The translations under genes and the position numbers were made by a program. The notes under the pieces are model-generated. The model was not told the origin of the DNA. It saw nothing but the letters and a program-made list of their open reading frames with translations, and did not search any database. Positions 9,811-19,802 of a stretch of DNA of 64,000 nt are shown one piece after another. Position 1 is the first letter of the stretch. The number at the start of each line of letters is the position of its first letter. The DNA comes from Opitutales bacterium (GTDB lineage: Bacteria > Verrucomicrobiota > Verrucomicrobiia > Opitutales > UBA2987). The stretch is from positions 160,001-224,000 of the forward strand of contig CBDDEL010000012.1 of NCBI GenBank assembly GCA_965226885.1, in the 5' to 3' direction.

Positions 9811-10937
9811 CCAAATCGCAAAAGGATTGATAAAGATTAAAAAACAGCTATAAAGGCGGAATGAGAAGATATATGGGAACCGATGAAGACCGTGAACGTA
9901 TCAAGAAATTGCTCAACAAAGAGGCTGTCGGCTGGCGTAAAGAGCGTTTGGTGGCATTAAAAATGGGCTTCCAGCCGCACCACAGCATTGATGAAATTGG
10001 AGCCATCGTGGGCCGAGGCAAAGCGACGATCCAGCGTTGGTTTGACAAATATCGTGCTGCAGGGCTCGGGGCGGTGCTTACACGCGCCTACAAAGGCGGG
10101 ATCAAAAGCCGTTGCGACAAAGAGGTGGAGGCCTTCTTGCTCAATGGTTTGAAGGTCGCGCGCTGGAACACAGCCGTTCAGGCGGGGCAAGAGCTGGAGC
10201 GACATTTCGGGCGCTCCTTCGCCTACAAGACGGTGTGGCGATGGCTAAAAAAATGCGCCGGGGTGCTTCGAGTCCCTCGGCCCGTGCATGAGAAACGGGA
10301 CTCGGCAAAAGCGGAAGCGTTCAAGCGAGACTTTTTTAAGATCCTCCAGGAGCTTTCCCTCACCCGAGGCAATCGGGTTCGGGTGTGGTTTGCCGATGAA
10401 AGCCGTTTTGGTTTGCTTCCGGTGTACCGCCGGTGCTGGACGCAAAGAGGGCTTCGGCCGCACAAAAAATATCAGACAAGATACCAGTGGAGCTACTGTT
10501 ACGGAGCCCTCGACGTGGTCAACGGCGAGATGGTATGCATCCAAACCCCTAGCACGAATCTACAGTGGACGGAGGCTTTCCTCCAACAGATCAAAAAGCA
10601 ATATCCTGAGGAGGAACATGTGGTTGTATGGGACGGGGCAGGCTTCCATCCGCACGACTCGGAGCACCCCAACGTCCCCCCGGGCATACATATCGTGAAT
10701 TTGCCGCCGTATAGTCCTGAACTCAACCCGATTGAAAGACTTTGGGATATGATACAGGATCAAACGGCCAACAAACTGTGGCCGAGCATTGAGCGACTCG
10801 AAGAAGTCGTCGCAACCCATCTCAAAGACTGGTGGGAGGACACTGAAAAAGTCCTCTCTTTAGTTGGCGGAGGCTGGCAGCACATTCAAGCAAACGCTTC
10901 TGCCAAATAACTTATTATCATACCTAATGAGATTTGG
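9811..10937 (+). mobile_element. IS630-family element
   Basis: Imperfect IR CCAAATCgCAaaAGG / CCTaaTGaGATTTGG flanked by TA on both sides (exact boundary +/-2 bp); inserted right after the stop at 9808. Confidence 0.88.
9861..10910 (+). CDS. IS630 transposase (single ORF)
   Basis: HTH region, FADESRFG, WDGAGFH, LPPYSPELNPIERLW. Confidence 0.95.
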   Translation: MRRYMGTDEDRERIKKLLNKEAVGWRKERLVALKMGFQPHHSIDEIGAIVGRGKATIQRWFDKYRAAGLGAVLTRAYKGGIKSRCDKEVEAFLLNGLKVARWNTAVQAGQELERHFGRSFAYKTVWRWLKKCAGVLRVPRPVHEKRDSAKAEAFKRDFFKILQELSLTRGNRVRVWFADESRFGLLPVYRRCWTQRGLRPHKKYQTRYQWSYCYGALDVVNGEMVCIQTPSTNLQWTEAFLQQIKKQYPEEEHVVVWDGAGFHPHDSEHPNVPPGIHIVNLPPYSPELNPIERLWDMIQDQTANKLWPSIERLEEVVATHLKDWWEDTEKVLSLVGGGWQHIQANASAK

Positions 10938-11095
10938 TATAAGATCTAAAAAAGTTTCAGAACACTAAAACCGTCGATAATCGCAAGAGATCGCGTAAAA
11001 CGAAATATTGATGGTGGTGTTTGATTGTAATTTTCCAACGCAATATTCAGTTGGCTAGTGTGATAAATACACGTTAGATGAAATTGAAACTAATA

Positions 11096-11740
11096 TTACA
11101 AATATTTCAGGTTTTGGAATAGTTTGTTTATTTTTTCAGCATCCTTATTGCCGGGCGATGACTCGACTCCGCTGTTGATGTCCACATAACGGGTTCCACT
11201 TGTTTGGATGGCTTTTTTGATATTGTCCGGGTTTAATCCACCAGCTAGTATCCAGGTTTTTTCCGGGTATTTATTTTTTAAGGAGTTGAATGCTTGCCAA
11301 TCGCCCGTTTTACCTGTGCCTCCATAAAGTTTGCCGGAGTGGGCATCCACCAAAAAAGTATTGGCATATTCAAGAATAGCTTCGGGAAATGATTCACCTT
11401 CGGGAAGGCGCGGAGCGAGCCAAAGCCGCTCTGGACTAACCATATTCGACCACTCGGCAATAGTGGTATGATGAGTGGAGAGGGGAAAATGAATTTGAAA
11501 AAAATCGAAGCCCAGGGCGAACCGTTTCTTCAAATCTTTGGGCGTTGGGGCAACGTCCACCATTACCCGTTTGCCGGGGGGAATTGTTTCCAGCAGCTCC
11601 TTCGCCCTTTCCAGGCTGACAGAGCGGGGCGATGGGGGATAAATATTGATGCCGATGGCATCGGCTCCCAATTCTAACGACGCTATTGCATCCCCCTGCC
11701 GGGTGATCCCACAAACTTTGACTTTAATACGGTTAGACAT
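11096..11740 (-). CDS. trpF: Phosphoribosylanthranilate isomerase
   Basis: KVCGIT, SPRSVS, GGTG, LAGGLNPDN, DINSGVE. Confidence 0.95.
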   Translation of the reverse strand: MSNRIKVKVCGITRQGDAIASLELGADAIGINIYPPSPRSVSLERAKELLETIPPGKRVMVDVAPTPKDLKKRFALGFDFFQIHFPLSTHHTTIAEWSNMVSPERLWLAPRLPEGESFPEAILEYANTFLVDAHSGKLYGGTGKTGDWQAFNSLKNKYPEKTWILAGGLNPDNIKKAIQTSGTRYVDINSGVESSPGNKDAEKINKLFQNLKYL

Positions 11741-11752
11741 CGTTTAATTAAA

Positions 11753-12541
11753 TCAGGAATTTGTGGAGTCCGTAAATTTTTTCACCAACGCCTGCACGAT
11801 GCCGTCCAAGGTAGCCTCCACCGCTTCGATACCTACAGACATTCCGGCTTTGCGCATAGCATCCGAGGTAACGGGCCCAATGCTGCACGTTAGGGGATGC
11901 CGGGCCTCTTTTTCGAGTTGCAAATGGGAAGCCTGATCGACGAACGATTTGACGGTGGAGGGACTGGTGAATATTACCACATCAGCACCTTGCTGGCGAA
12001 AGGAAATTGCGGCCGGATCATTAGTCAGATCGGATTTTAATGTTTGATAAACGGGAAAGGTATCCACAATGGCGGCAGCCTCATTGAGTTTTTTTTCTAA
12101 AATATCGCGATTGATATTTCCGGTTACAAGGAGGATTTTTACGCTATCCAGGCTTTGCTCCTGGCAAAGGGCTTCGGCCAAAGCCTCCGAGGTTGCCTCA
12201 TCGGGAATTAGATCGATTTTCAAATGATGAGCTTTAATAGCCTTGGCAGTGCCTTTGCCAACCGCTGCAATGCGTAAAAAACCGAGGGATCGAATATCCT
12301 CGAAATGTTTAAAAAATTGCTCAAAAAAATATTTTACCCCATTGGCGCTGGTAAATACTAACCAGTCGTACTGAGCGATTTCCGCAAAGACCTCTTCTGC
12401 CGTTTGGGGATCGAAATAGGGTTGAATTTGGATGAGCGGCAGTTCTAAAGGCACGGCTCCAGCTTCTTCGAGCTTCCTGCTTAATTCAGCCGCCTGTTGT
12501 GGACTCCTCGTAACGACCACCCTTTTGCCGCCCAATGTCAT
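11753..12541 (-). CDS. hemD: Uroporphyrinogen-III synthase
   Basis: VVVTR, FTSANGV, AVGKGTA, FTSPSTV, IGPVT. Confidence 0.93.
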   Translation of the reverse strand: MTLGGKRVVVTRSPQQAAELSRKLEEAGAVPLELPLIQIQPYFDPQTAEEVFAEIAQYDWLVFTSANGVKYFFEQFFKHFEDIRSLGFLRIAAVGKGTAKAIKAHHLKIDLIPDEATSEALAEALCQEQSLDSVKILLVTGNINRDILEKKLNEAAAIVDTFPVYQTLKSDLTNDPAAISFRQQGADVVIFTSPSTVKSFVDQASHLQLEKEARHPLTCSIGPVTSDAMRKAGMSVGIEAVEATLDGIVQALVKKFTDSTNS

Positions 12542-13398
12542 TTTCCGGTAAATTCCCCGGCGATTTCTTCGATCTTTTTCATGGCCGAATCATCATCGAA
12601 AGCGGACATATCGTATTCGTGAAAACCACTTTCTTCCACAAAAACGAGCAGCCGGTTGTGGCACAAGTGAACGGCATAGGAATTATGACATCCGCCCCCC
12701 AGCAAACCCAGAAAATGCCGTTCCAGGGAAACCGCCCGGGCCGTTTCCCGATCCAGTAACGGTGAAAATTTCTCAACATCTTCCTCCCTGCATTCCAGGG
12801 CAACGGCCCCCTGACCGGCGGCCGGAACCATTTGGCACACATCGAATGGTTTGAATTCGACGCCCGGCCAACTTTTGAATCCCAACCGTTTCAATCCGGC
12901 GGCGGCCAGGATAGTGGCCTCGGCATCGCCTCTGCTGATTTTGTTCAGCCGCGTATCCACGTTTCCCCGAATCTCACCCCAGACCGCCCGGGGAAACAAA
13001 ATCTTGGCCTGGGCTCTGCGTCGAGGGCTGCCCGTGGCGATGAATGCGGGGCTGGTGCAATCCTCCCTAACAACGAGCACATCATGAGCGAGTTCCCGCG
13101 GCAGATAACCGGCCAGGGCCAGCCCGCTTGGCAGGCTCGTCGGCAGGTCTTTGGCGCTGTGTACGGCAAGATCGCAACGGCCCTCCAACAAAGCCGTTTC
13201 CAATTCCTTGGTGAAAAGCCCTTTGCCGCCTTCCTTTTCCAGAGACCAGCCCTGCCTGCGGTCGCCGGTTGTGACCAGCGGCATAACCTGAAATTCAACC
13301 CCCGGCAGCTTCTCCGCCAAAAAGTTGCGCGTCAGCTCGGTTTGAGCCAAAGCGAGAGGGCTTTTTCGTGTTGCCACGGTTATTTTGTTTTGTGGCAT
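12538..13398 (-). CDS. hemC: Hydroxymethylbilane synthase
   Basis: ATRKSPLALAQ, TTGD, KGLFTKELE, VHSAKDLP, RGNVDTRL, PAAGQGA, GGGC. Confidence 0.95.
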   Translation of the reverse strand: MPQNKITVATRKSPLALAQTELTRNFLAEKLPGVEFQVMPLVTTGDRRQGWSLEKEGGKGLFTKELETALLEGRCDLAVHSAKDLPTSLPSGLALAGYLPRELAHDVLVVREDCTSPAFIATGSPRRRAQAKILFPRAVWGEIRGNVDTRLNKISRGDAEATILAAAGLKRLGFKSWPGVEFKPFDVCQMVPAAGQGAVALECREEDVEKFSPLLDRETARAVSLERHFLGLLGGGCHNSYAVHLCHNRLLVFVEESGFHEYDMSAFDDDSAMKKIEEIAGEFTGK

Positions 13399-13419
13399 GT
13401 TCTGCAAAATGTTGGCGGC

Positions 13420-14445
13420 TCAATAAGCGGCCTGGGCCCCTTTCAAATTTTTCTTTTTTATCCAGGGCATCATGCCGCGCAGTCGTTGGCCGGTTTTCTC
13501 GATCAGGTGGTCCTCACCTTCTTTCATGAGGGCATTGTAATTTTTCAAACCTGAATTGTATTCATTGACCCACTCCTTGGCGAACTTGCCGGATTGTATA
13601 TCTTTCAATATGGCTTTCATGGTCCGTTTGGTCGATTTGTTGATTACCCTCGGGCCGCGTGAAACATCGCCCCATTTGGCGGTTTCCGAGATCGAAAAAC
13701 GCATTCCTGCGATGCCCGATTCCACCATCATATCGACGATCAGCTTGAGTTCGTGCAAGCACTCGAAATACGCCATTTCCGGTTGGTAGCCCGCTTCCAC
13801 CAGAGTTTCGAAACCAGCCGTTATCAAAGCGCTGGCCCCACCGCAAAGAACGGTTTGTTCGCCGAACAAATCCGTTTCTGTCTCCTCTTTGAAGGTTGTT
13901 TGCAAAACTCCCGCCCGTGTGGCCCCGATCCCCTTGGCCCAGGCCAGAGCGTTTTTCTTGGCATTTTTAGAAGAACCTTTGGCCATCGCGATAAGCGCTG
14001 GCACACCTTTTCCTTCCAGGTATTGGCTGCGCACAACATGGCCGGGGCCTTTGGGAGCAACCATTATCACATCAATACCGCGGGGTGGTTTAATGAGGCC
14101 GAAATGGATGGCGAATCCGTGGCTGAACAAGAGCGTTTTTCCCTTCTCCAGATGAGGCAGAAGGTCGTTGGTGTAAACATCTGCCTGCTTCATGTCGGGC
14201 ACCGCCAGCATGATGATATCCGCCCGTTGGGCCACCTCGGCGTTTGAACAAACCTCGAACCCATGTTTGCGGGCCACCCTGACCGATTTGCTTTTCGGGT
14301 AAAGTCCCACGATGACCTTCAGACCGCTGTCCTTGAGGTTCAAAGCATGGGCGTGGCCTTGAGAGCCGTAGCCGATCACGCCGAGCGTTCTATTTCTGAG
14401 GACGCGAAGATCGGCGTCTCTGTTTGTATATACTGTAGCAGGCAT
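13420..14445 (-). CDS. ilvC: Ketol-acid reductoisomerase
   Basis: GYGSQGHAHALNLKDSG, APKGPGH, ETETDLFGEQ, YFECLHE. Confidence 0.97.
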   Translation of the reverse strand: MPATVYTNRDADLRVLRNRTLGVIGYGSQGHAHALNLKDSGLKVIVGLYPKSKSVRVARKHGFEVCSNAEVAQRADIIMLAVPDMKQADVYTNDLLPHLEKGKTLLFSHGFAIHFGLIKPPRGIDVIMVAPKGPGHVVRSQYLEGKGVPALIAMAKGSSKNAKKNALAWAKGIGATRAGVLQTTFKEETETDLFGEQTVLCGGASALITAGFETLVEAGYQPEMAYFECLHELKLIVDMMVESGIAGMRFSISETAKWGDVSRGPRVINKSTKRTMKAILKDIQSGKFAKEWVNEYNSGLKNYNALMKEGEDHLIEKTGQRLRGMMPWIKKKNLKGAQAAY

Positions 14446-14519
14446 AATTATAATTGTTCTATTTCGGATTTAACAAAAAAATTCAGCAGGTAGCGCAATG
14501 AGGCATCACTGACCTTTGG

Positions 14520-15002
14520 TCAAGTAAACATGCGGCGTTCTAGGGCGAGATTGCCGGTGCGGGCCAGGTCGTTGATCCCGAACGGTTCAATCAATTCGTA
14601 GAAAGCCTTTATTTTGCCTTCGTTGCCGGTCACCTCAATAATCACACTGGTAGGGGAAGCATCGATGATTTTGGCCCTGAAAATATCGCAAATCTGCAAA
14701 ATCTCGGAACGGGTTTCGGAGCTGGCATTGACTTTTACCATGAGGAGTTCGCGAGCTACGAATTGGCCCTTTTTAAAATCCTTGATATCGATTACGTTGA
14801 CCAACTTATTAAGCTGTTTAACGGCCTGGTCGAGGTGGGACTCATCGCCGTAGACGGTTGCCGTGATGCGGGAAATCTCGGGATTTTGGGTGGGCGCCAC
14901 ATTGAGAGTATCGATATTGAATCCGCGCCCGCTGAACATCCCGGCCACGCGCGCAAGCACGCCGAACTTATTTTCAACCAGGACCGATAATGTATGTTTC
15001 AT
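14520..15002 (-). CDS. ilvN: Acetolactate synthase small (regulatory) subunit
   Basis: HTLSVLVENKFGVLARVAGMFSGRGFNI ACT domain, RELLMVKV, ARTG. Confidence 0.95.
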   Translation of the reverse strand: MKHTLSVLVENKFGVLARVAGMFSGRGFNIDTLNVAPTQNPEISRITATVYGDESHLDQAVKQLNKLVNVIDIKDFKKGQFVARELLMVKVNASSETRSEILQICDIFRAKIIDASPTSVIIEVTGNEGKIKAFYELIEPFGINDLARTGNLALERRMFT

Positions 15003-15125
15003 GGCAAATAGGTTTTATTTATGCGGTTTGAAGCTTAACTGTCAGTAATTGTCAGAAAATTTTGATATAGGGTTAAGTCTTTCAGAAAAACATTCAAGCG
15101 TGAATTAGTCGGCCATGGAAACTAG

Positions 15126-16698
15126 CCCGGATATTTCATGAAGGGTAAAGTCTGGCTCGTTATTGCTATTGGAGATGGAGATGGATTTCTTTGTATTTTG
15201 AGCAGATCGTCTTGATTTTTAGGTGTTTTTCAGGGTGTAGAGACACTGCCCCCTTTCCCCCATTGGTTCGGTAGTGCCGGGGGCAGCACCAATGCACCCT
15301 TTAGGTTGGCACCAATCGGCGGGCCGCATGGTTGAAAAGACTGGCCCAAGGATAACTCTCACTTAGGTGAAAGTGAATCGTTCGGGTGTTGCGCACGATG
15401 ACCGCTCCGATCTTGATTAATTTGAGCCGCAGGGTGTGGCATTGGGCCCGCGCCCACTTCGTCCCTTTTAAGGCTAACCGGCGCATGGCCTCCATCAAGG
15501 TGTAGGCCAGCGCCGACAAGAGCAATCGCCACTGATTGGCCCACCATTGATGGGCGCTGGTGCGCTCGCTGAACAATTGCATCTGTTCCTTGATTCGGTT
15601 CTCCATTTCACCGCGGCCACAGTATACCTTGTCGTAAAGCTCCTGGGGATCGCCCGGCAGGTTCGTCACCACGAAGCGCGGGTTGGACCCCTGTGCGGTG
15701 TGTTCGGCTTTATGGATGACCAACCGCAGCCATCGCCACGAATCGGCAGCATAGACGAAGTCCTGGAATAACCGTTGTTTTTTACCCCTTAGTTCGAACC
15801 ATTCTTTGGCCTGCTTTTGCAACTGCTGGGCGTCTTGCTGCAAGCGTGCATTGCGAGCCATCCCCACGATGTAACTAACTTCGTTGCGGTCGCACCAAGA
15901 GAGTATCCGGTCTCGACAAAATCCACTGTCGGCGCGCCAAATAATCCGCGTACGGGGCCAGCTTTGGCGAATCCGTTTAACCAGCAATTTGAGGATGGCC
16001 CCGGCATGCTTGCTGGCATCGATCTTGCTCGGCCGCAGGTAGGCCACCAGCAGCTGATCACCGCAAAAAACATATAGCGGCAGAAAACAGTAATGATCAT
16101 AATAACCGTGGAAAAAACGTCCCTCCTGGAGCCCGTGCACCGGATTGTCGGTGGCGTCAAAGTCCAGGATGATCTCTTCGGGTTCCTCGGCAAAGGAGCC
16201 CATGAACTGTTCGACCAACAGCTCGTTTACCGCAAAGGCCGCCCGCCGATCCTGCCCGTTTTCAAAACGACACAAAGTCGGCGCGCTGGCCAACGTTTCA
16301 ATGCGCCCCGTTACCGTTTGCAACAATGGCTCGTGGCGCAGGGTATCAAAGTCGTTCAAATCCTCATAGCCCGCCACCAGCCCGTAAACGCGCTGCCGCA
16401 GCATCCCCAATACCTCATGGCGTACTTTGCCCTTCTGCCGTTTGTCCACTAACTGTCGGGCCGCTCGTTCGGTCAAGCCCAACTGCCGATCCACTTCCCG
16501 GATCAAAAGCAGTCCGGCATCCGAAGTAACCTCTCCGCCCTTGAAATCAACCCGCACACGGCGCCCTTTTACCCTTGTCAACTGTAGCTTTGATTGTTTA
16601 CCTTTTGTCATCGCTGATATTGCTTTAATTATTGATCTATCCTGCTGTATATCAGCAGTTAAGCATATCAACGATACTTTTTTTACGAAATATCCGGG
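15126..16698 (-). mobile_element. IS1380-family element, copy 1 (intact)
   Basis: IR CCCGGATATTTC at both ends, 4-bp TSD CTAG (15122-15125, 16699-16702). Confidence 0.95.
15301..16611 (-). CDS. IS1380 transposase
   Basis: TSDAGLLL, GYEDLND, LDFDATD, FFHGYY, RADSGF, RGEMENRIKE. Confidence 0.95.
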   Translation of the reverse strand: MTKGKQSKLQLTRVKGRRVRVDFKGGEVTSDAGLLLIREVDRQLGLTERAARQLVDKRQKGKVRHEVLGMLRQRVYGLVAGYEDLNDFDTLRHEPLLQTVTGRIETLASAPTLCRFENGQDRRAAFAVNELLVEQFMGSFAEEPEEIILDFDATDNPVHGLQEGRFFHGYYDHYCFLPLYVFCGDQLLVAYLRPSKIDASKHAGAILKLLVKRIRQSWPRTRIIWRADSGFCRDRILSWCDRNEVSYIVGMARNARLQQDAQQLQKQAKEWFELRGKKQRLFQDFVYAADSWRWLRLVIHKAEHTAQGSNPRFVVTNLPGDPQELYDKVYCGRGEMENRIKEQMQLFSERTSAHQWWANQWRLLLSALAYTLMEAMRRLALKGTKWARAQCHTLRLKLIKIGAVIVRNTRTIHFHLSESYPWASLFNHAARRLVPT

Positions 16699-16824
16699 CT
16701 AGGTATGTATCCGCGCCTTTCCAGCGTTGGCTATCAATAAACTGCTGATCATCAACGATAACAGGTCTGGTTTCGATTGTCGGCTCCCATCCCAAACTCC
16801 CGGAAACCTGCACATCTCTGGCTC

Positions 16825-18720
16825 TCAGCGGGGTTTTGTCGCGGTTGCGTAGCGCAACTGCCCGTAGCGCAACTGCCAATTGATCTGGATTCCTCCGCCC
16901 TCTGTGTTGGCCAGCCCCACGTAATCGATGAGGCTTTCCGCAACTCGATCGGGTGTGGTCTTTTTGGCGGAAAACAGGGTCCAGCAGAATAGGGCCATTG
17001 TTTCGCGGTCCGGAAACCGCCACGGGACGTCTTCCAACCGGCAGTTACTTGCCATAAGGCCCGCCTCACCGAGGCCGTCTTCGAACTCGTTTTCTTCGAT
17101 AAATACCCCCTGGTGGCCGCCTTGGGTAAAGCGGTCGATGAATTCGTTGAGAAACGCGCCGGTGGGTGTTCCACTGGCCACATCGGCCACGACCAACTGC
17201 CCGCCCGGCTTCAGCAGACGGTTCCACTCTGCGTAAACCGGTGCCCGGTCAGCAACATGATGCAGGCCGGCCAGACTGAGGATCACGTCGACGCTGGCGT
17301 CGGGTAAGGCAACAGCGGGCATTTCGTGATGGAGGACACGGTAGGCTCCAGAAATCGCTTCGGCGAACTGAGGAGAGGGTTCGACGCATATAATCTCAAC
17401 ACCGCCACGTGTTCGGGCATGGACGCCATCAGCGACGACTCCGCCCCCGGCCGGGGTGTCCATAACGACCTGACCCGTTGTGAAAACGGCTCTGTCCAAC
17501 AGCGCATTGATTTCCGCCTGCCTTGCGTTCAGGCAAATCGTTTTAGCCTTATTGTAATCATGACCGCGGGCCTCGAAAGTTTTCTTGTAATCTCCCCCCG
17601 TCTGCCGCGAATCATCGAGATCCTGACCGGTTCCGCCACCTTTATTGACCGCGCCCGAGACAAAACCCGCAGTTCGCACATAATAGGCGAGAATGCCCTC
17701 GTAGAGTCGTTCCATGGTTTCGGATTGGTAATCGTAAAGCTGCGAGTCATTGAAGCCCGCCCAAAGAACGGGAAACGGATTCGGTTCCCATACGATGAGC
17801 TTGCCGCTTTTGTCATAGCTGTAGTCAAAGGCAACGAAATCGAGACCGAGAGCCTTTCGCGACCGGTTCAGTATTTCGTGGTTGGGATCGGGGTTTTCGA
17901 CATAGTCGGCTTCCTCCTGTCGTGTGTGGGCGTTAAAGACTCTCAGGTCAGCATGAACGATCCAATTTTGAGAAATGATGAGGTGGCGGGGGACGCCTTC
18001 ATCGCCAAAAAGGACGTAACGGTATTTTCGATAGAACCCGTCCTCGCTTTGCACGTCGATATACTCAACGGCCACAGGGTGTGAGTAGGCTTGCCAATCT
18101 ACCTGGTGGACATCTTCCTCCTGGCGAATCAGGAAGCAAGACCCCGAATGCACCCGGTCCTCCCGAATAAAGAATGGAGGAATAAGGCCGCCGAAAGAGG
18201 AAAGAAACGCCTTTCGATCTGTGATTCGCACGATTCTGGCGGTTCGGATGCCAAGTTTGCCCATGATGGGAAGAGCGCCCGATTTTATGGAATTCGACAA
18301 CCCCTCCACCGCATGGACAATCGGGATTCCACGCGCGCGGCACTTTCGTTGCATCCTCATGGCGAAATAATAATCCAAAGGATAATTCTCCTTGAGGGGA
18401 TCCTGGAGCCACGGGATAAAGAGAGCGACGCGATCCCAGTCGATTCCCCAGGCAGGCAAACGGCACAACTGCATCCGCGAGGCAATCTCCGGGCGGGAGG
18501 ACCGCACCCATTGCAGGAAATGCTCATTGTAATCGGTGAGACGACTGGGATGCCGAGCGATCAGGATGCGGCGGCTATCATGCTCGCGCAACGAGGCATT
18601 GTGGGGCGCATCCGAACCTTGCGCTTTGCGGTAACACGCGAAGGTTTGGATCGAATGTCGTGTCTTCGGACTTAAAAAGCGCCAGGCCAAACGGAGCCAG
18701 CTTCTGTCTTGTTGTTCCAT
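16825..18720 (-). CDS. ATP-grasp domain / class I SAM-dependent methyltransferase fusion
   Basis: N-half: EYID...DGFYRKYR...LGLDFVAFDYS...VWEPN (RimK/GshB-like); Gly-rich linker; C-half: MDTPAGGG, SLAGLHH, LKPGGQLVVAD. Confidence 0.7.
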   Translation of the reverse strand: MEQQDRSWLRLAWRFLSPKTRHSIQTFACYRKAQGSDAPHNASLREHDSRRILIARHPSRLTDYNEHFLQWVRSSRPEIASRMQLCRLPAWGIDWDRVALFIPWLQDPLKENYPLDYYFAMRMQRKCRARGIPIVHAVEGLSNSIKSGALPIMGKLGIRTARIVRITDRKAFLSSFGGLIPPFFIREDRVHSGSCFLIRQEEDVHQVDWQAYSHPVAVEYIDVQSEDGFYRKYRYVLFGDEGVPRHLIISQNWIVHADLRVFNAHTRQEEADYVENPDPNHEILNRSRKALGLDFVAFDYSYDKSGKLIVWEPNPFPVLWAGFNDSQLYDYQSETMERLYEGILAYYVRTAGFVSGAVNKGGGTGQDLDDSRQTGGDYKKTFEARGHDYNKAKTICLNARQAEINALLDRAVFTTGQVVMDTPAGGGVVADGVHARTRGGVEIICVEPSPQFAEAISGAYRVLHHEMPAVALPDASVDVILSLAGLHHVADRAPVYAEWNRLLKPGGQLVVADVASGTPTGAFLNEFIDRFTQGGHQGVFIEENEFEDGLGEAGLMASNCRLEDVPWRFPDRETMALFCWTLFSAKKTTPDRVAESLIDYVGLANTEGGGIQINWQLRYGQLRYATATKPR

Positions 18721-18803
18721 CGTAATACGTTAATTATTTGTGTCCGCAGAGCGAAAGCTAAAAACAGGCAGGCTGAAGGGGTGGAGCCCTGGTTGCGGCT
18801 CAA

Positions 18804-19802
18804 TTAATGGGTGCCGATGAAGGCGCCGCCGTGCTGGTAGGTGAGTTCCCGCATGAGGTTGGCGTATTTGAGGCCGGTGCGGGTGAAATGCCGCTCGAAT
18901 TTGATGACGTGGGGAAAGCCGATGGCGTTGATCGTGATGGGTCTTTCGCCGGTCTCTTCGTCGGGACTGTTGGCGGTGTCGATACGGTTCAGGACTTTTT
19001 CCGCGGTTTGGGTGAATTCGTCCCCGAAAATGTAGATGCCGATTTTATTTTCCGGCGTTTTATCATCGCGAAAGGTGCGGATGGCCCGGAGGATGCCGGG
19101 AACGGGGTTGCTTTGGCTGTGGTGTTCGTACCTGAGGATGGCTCGATTGATGTGGTCGCGCGCGACCCGGCTGTCAGGTATCCATTGTCCGCGGCTTGAG
19201 CGGAGGATGAAATTGCCGTCGGCGTCCATGGCCTGGATGGCTTTGACAATGGGATAAATTTCCAGGGTTTCCCTGATTTTGGTGGTGACGGATCTCCAGA
19301 TTTGCCCGGTGCTGGGATCGCGCATGCTTCCGGAGGTGTCCAAAATGAAAATGATATGGTTGCTCAAGACGGGCACTCCGATGGGCAGGTCGGACTCGTT
19401 TTGGGGAATGTCCACTATTTTTTCGCGTGCGTCGATTTCCTCTTCCAGGTCGTCCACTTCGGCGATGAGTTTTTCTTTCCCGAAATCAGCCTCCTTGATC
19501 CGGTTGATCAATTCATCAATGTCCGTTTGCAGGGAGGCGATTTTTTCCTCTTTTTCTTTTTCAGTCTGTTCGTTTTGCTTAAGAATATCTTTGAGCTGCT
19601 GTTTTTTTGATTGGATGCTCTGCAGTTCCGTCATGCGCTCCTGAAAGAGTTTTTCCAGGGTGTCGCGGATATCGAAAATAACCAGCCTCTCCGAGCCCAG
19701 GGAGATGACGAACAATAGTATGACGGCCCCGAAACCGCAATTGATGACATCGAGGAATGAGAGGCTGAAGACGGAGAGATCGCGTTGTTTCTTTTTGCTC
19801 AT
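18804..19802 (-). CDS. Membrane-anchored coiled-coil vWA protein (intact MIDAS)
   Basis: N-terminal TM SLSFLDVINCGFGAVILLFV, coiled coil, FILDTSGSM, FGDE, INAIGF; ATG 19802 overlaps the upstream stop. Confidence 0.8.
   Translation of the reverse strand: MSKKKQRDLSVFSLSFLDVINCGFGAVILLFVISLGSERLVIFDIRDTLEKLFQERMTELQSIQSKKQQLKDILKQNEQTEKEKEEKIASLQTDIDELINRIKEADFGKEKLIAEVDDLEEEIDAREKIVDIPQNESDLPIGVPVLSNHIIFILDTSGSMRDPSTGQIWRSVTTKIRETLEIYPIVKAIQAMDADGNFILRSSRGQWIPDSRVARDHINRAILRYEHHSQSNPVPGILRAIRTFRDDKTPENKIGIYIFGDEFTQTAEKVLNRIDTANSPDEETGERPITINAIGFPHVIKFERHFTRTGLKYANLMRELTYQHGGAFIGTH

Noticed and set aside
15003..15125. ilvB removed by IS1380 upstream of ilvN
   Set aside because: The TSD is intact, so there is no deletion evidence and no ilvB remnant; ilvB may simply be elsewhere
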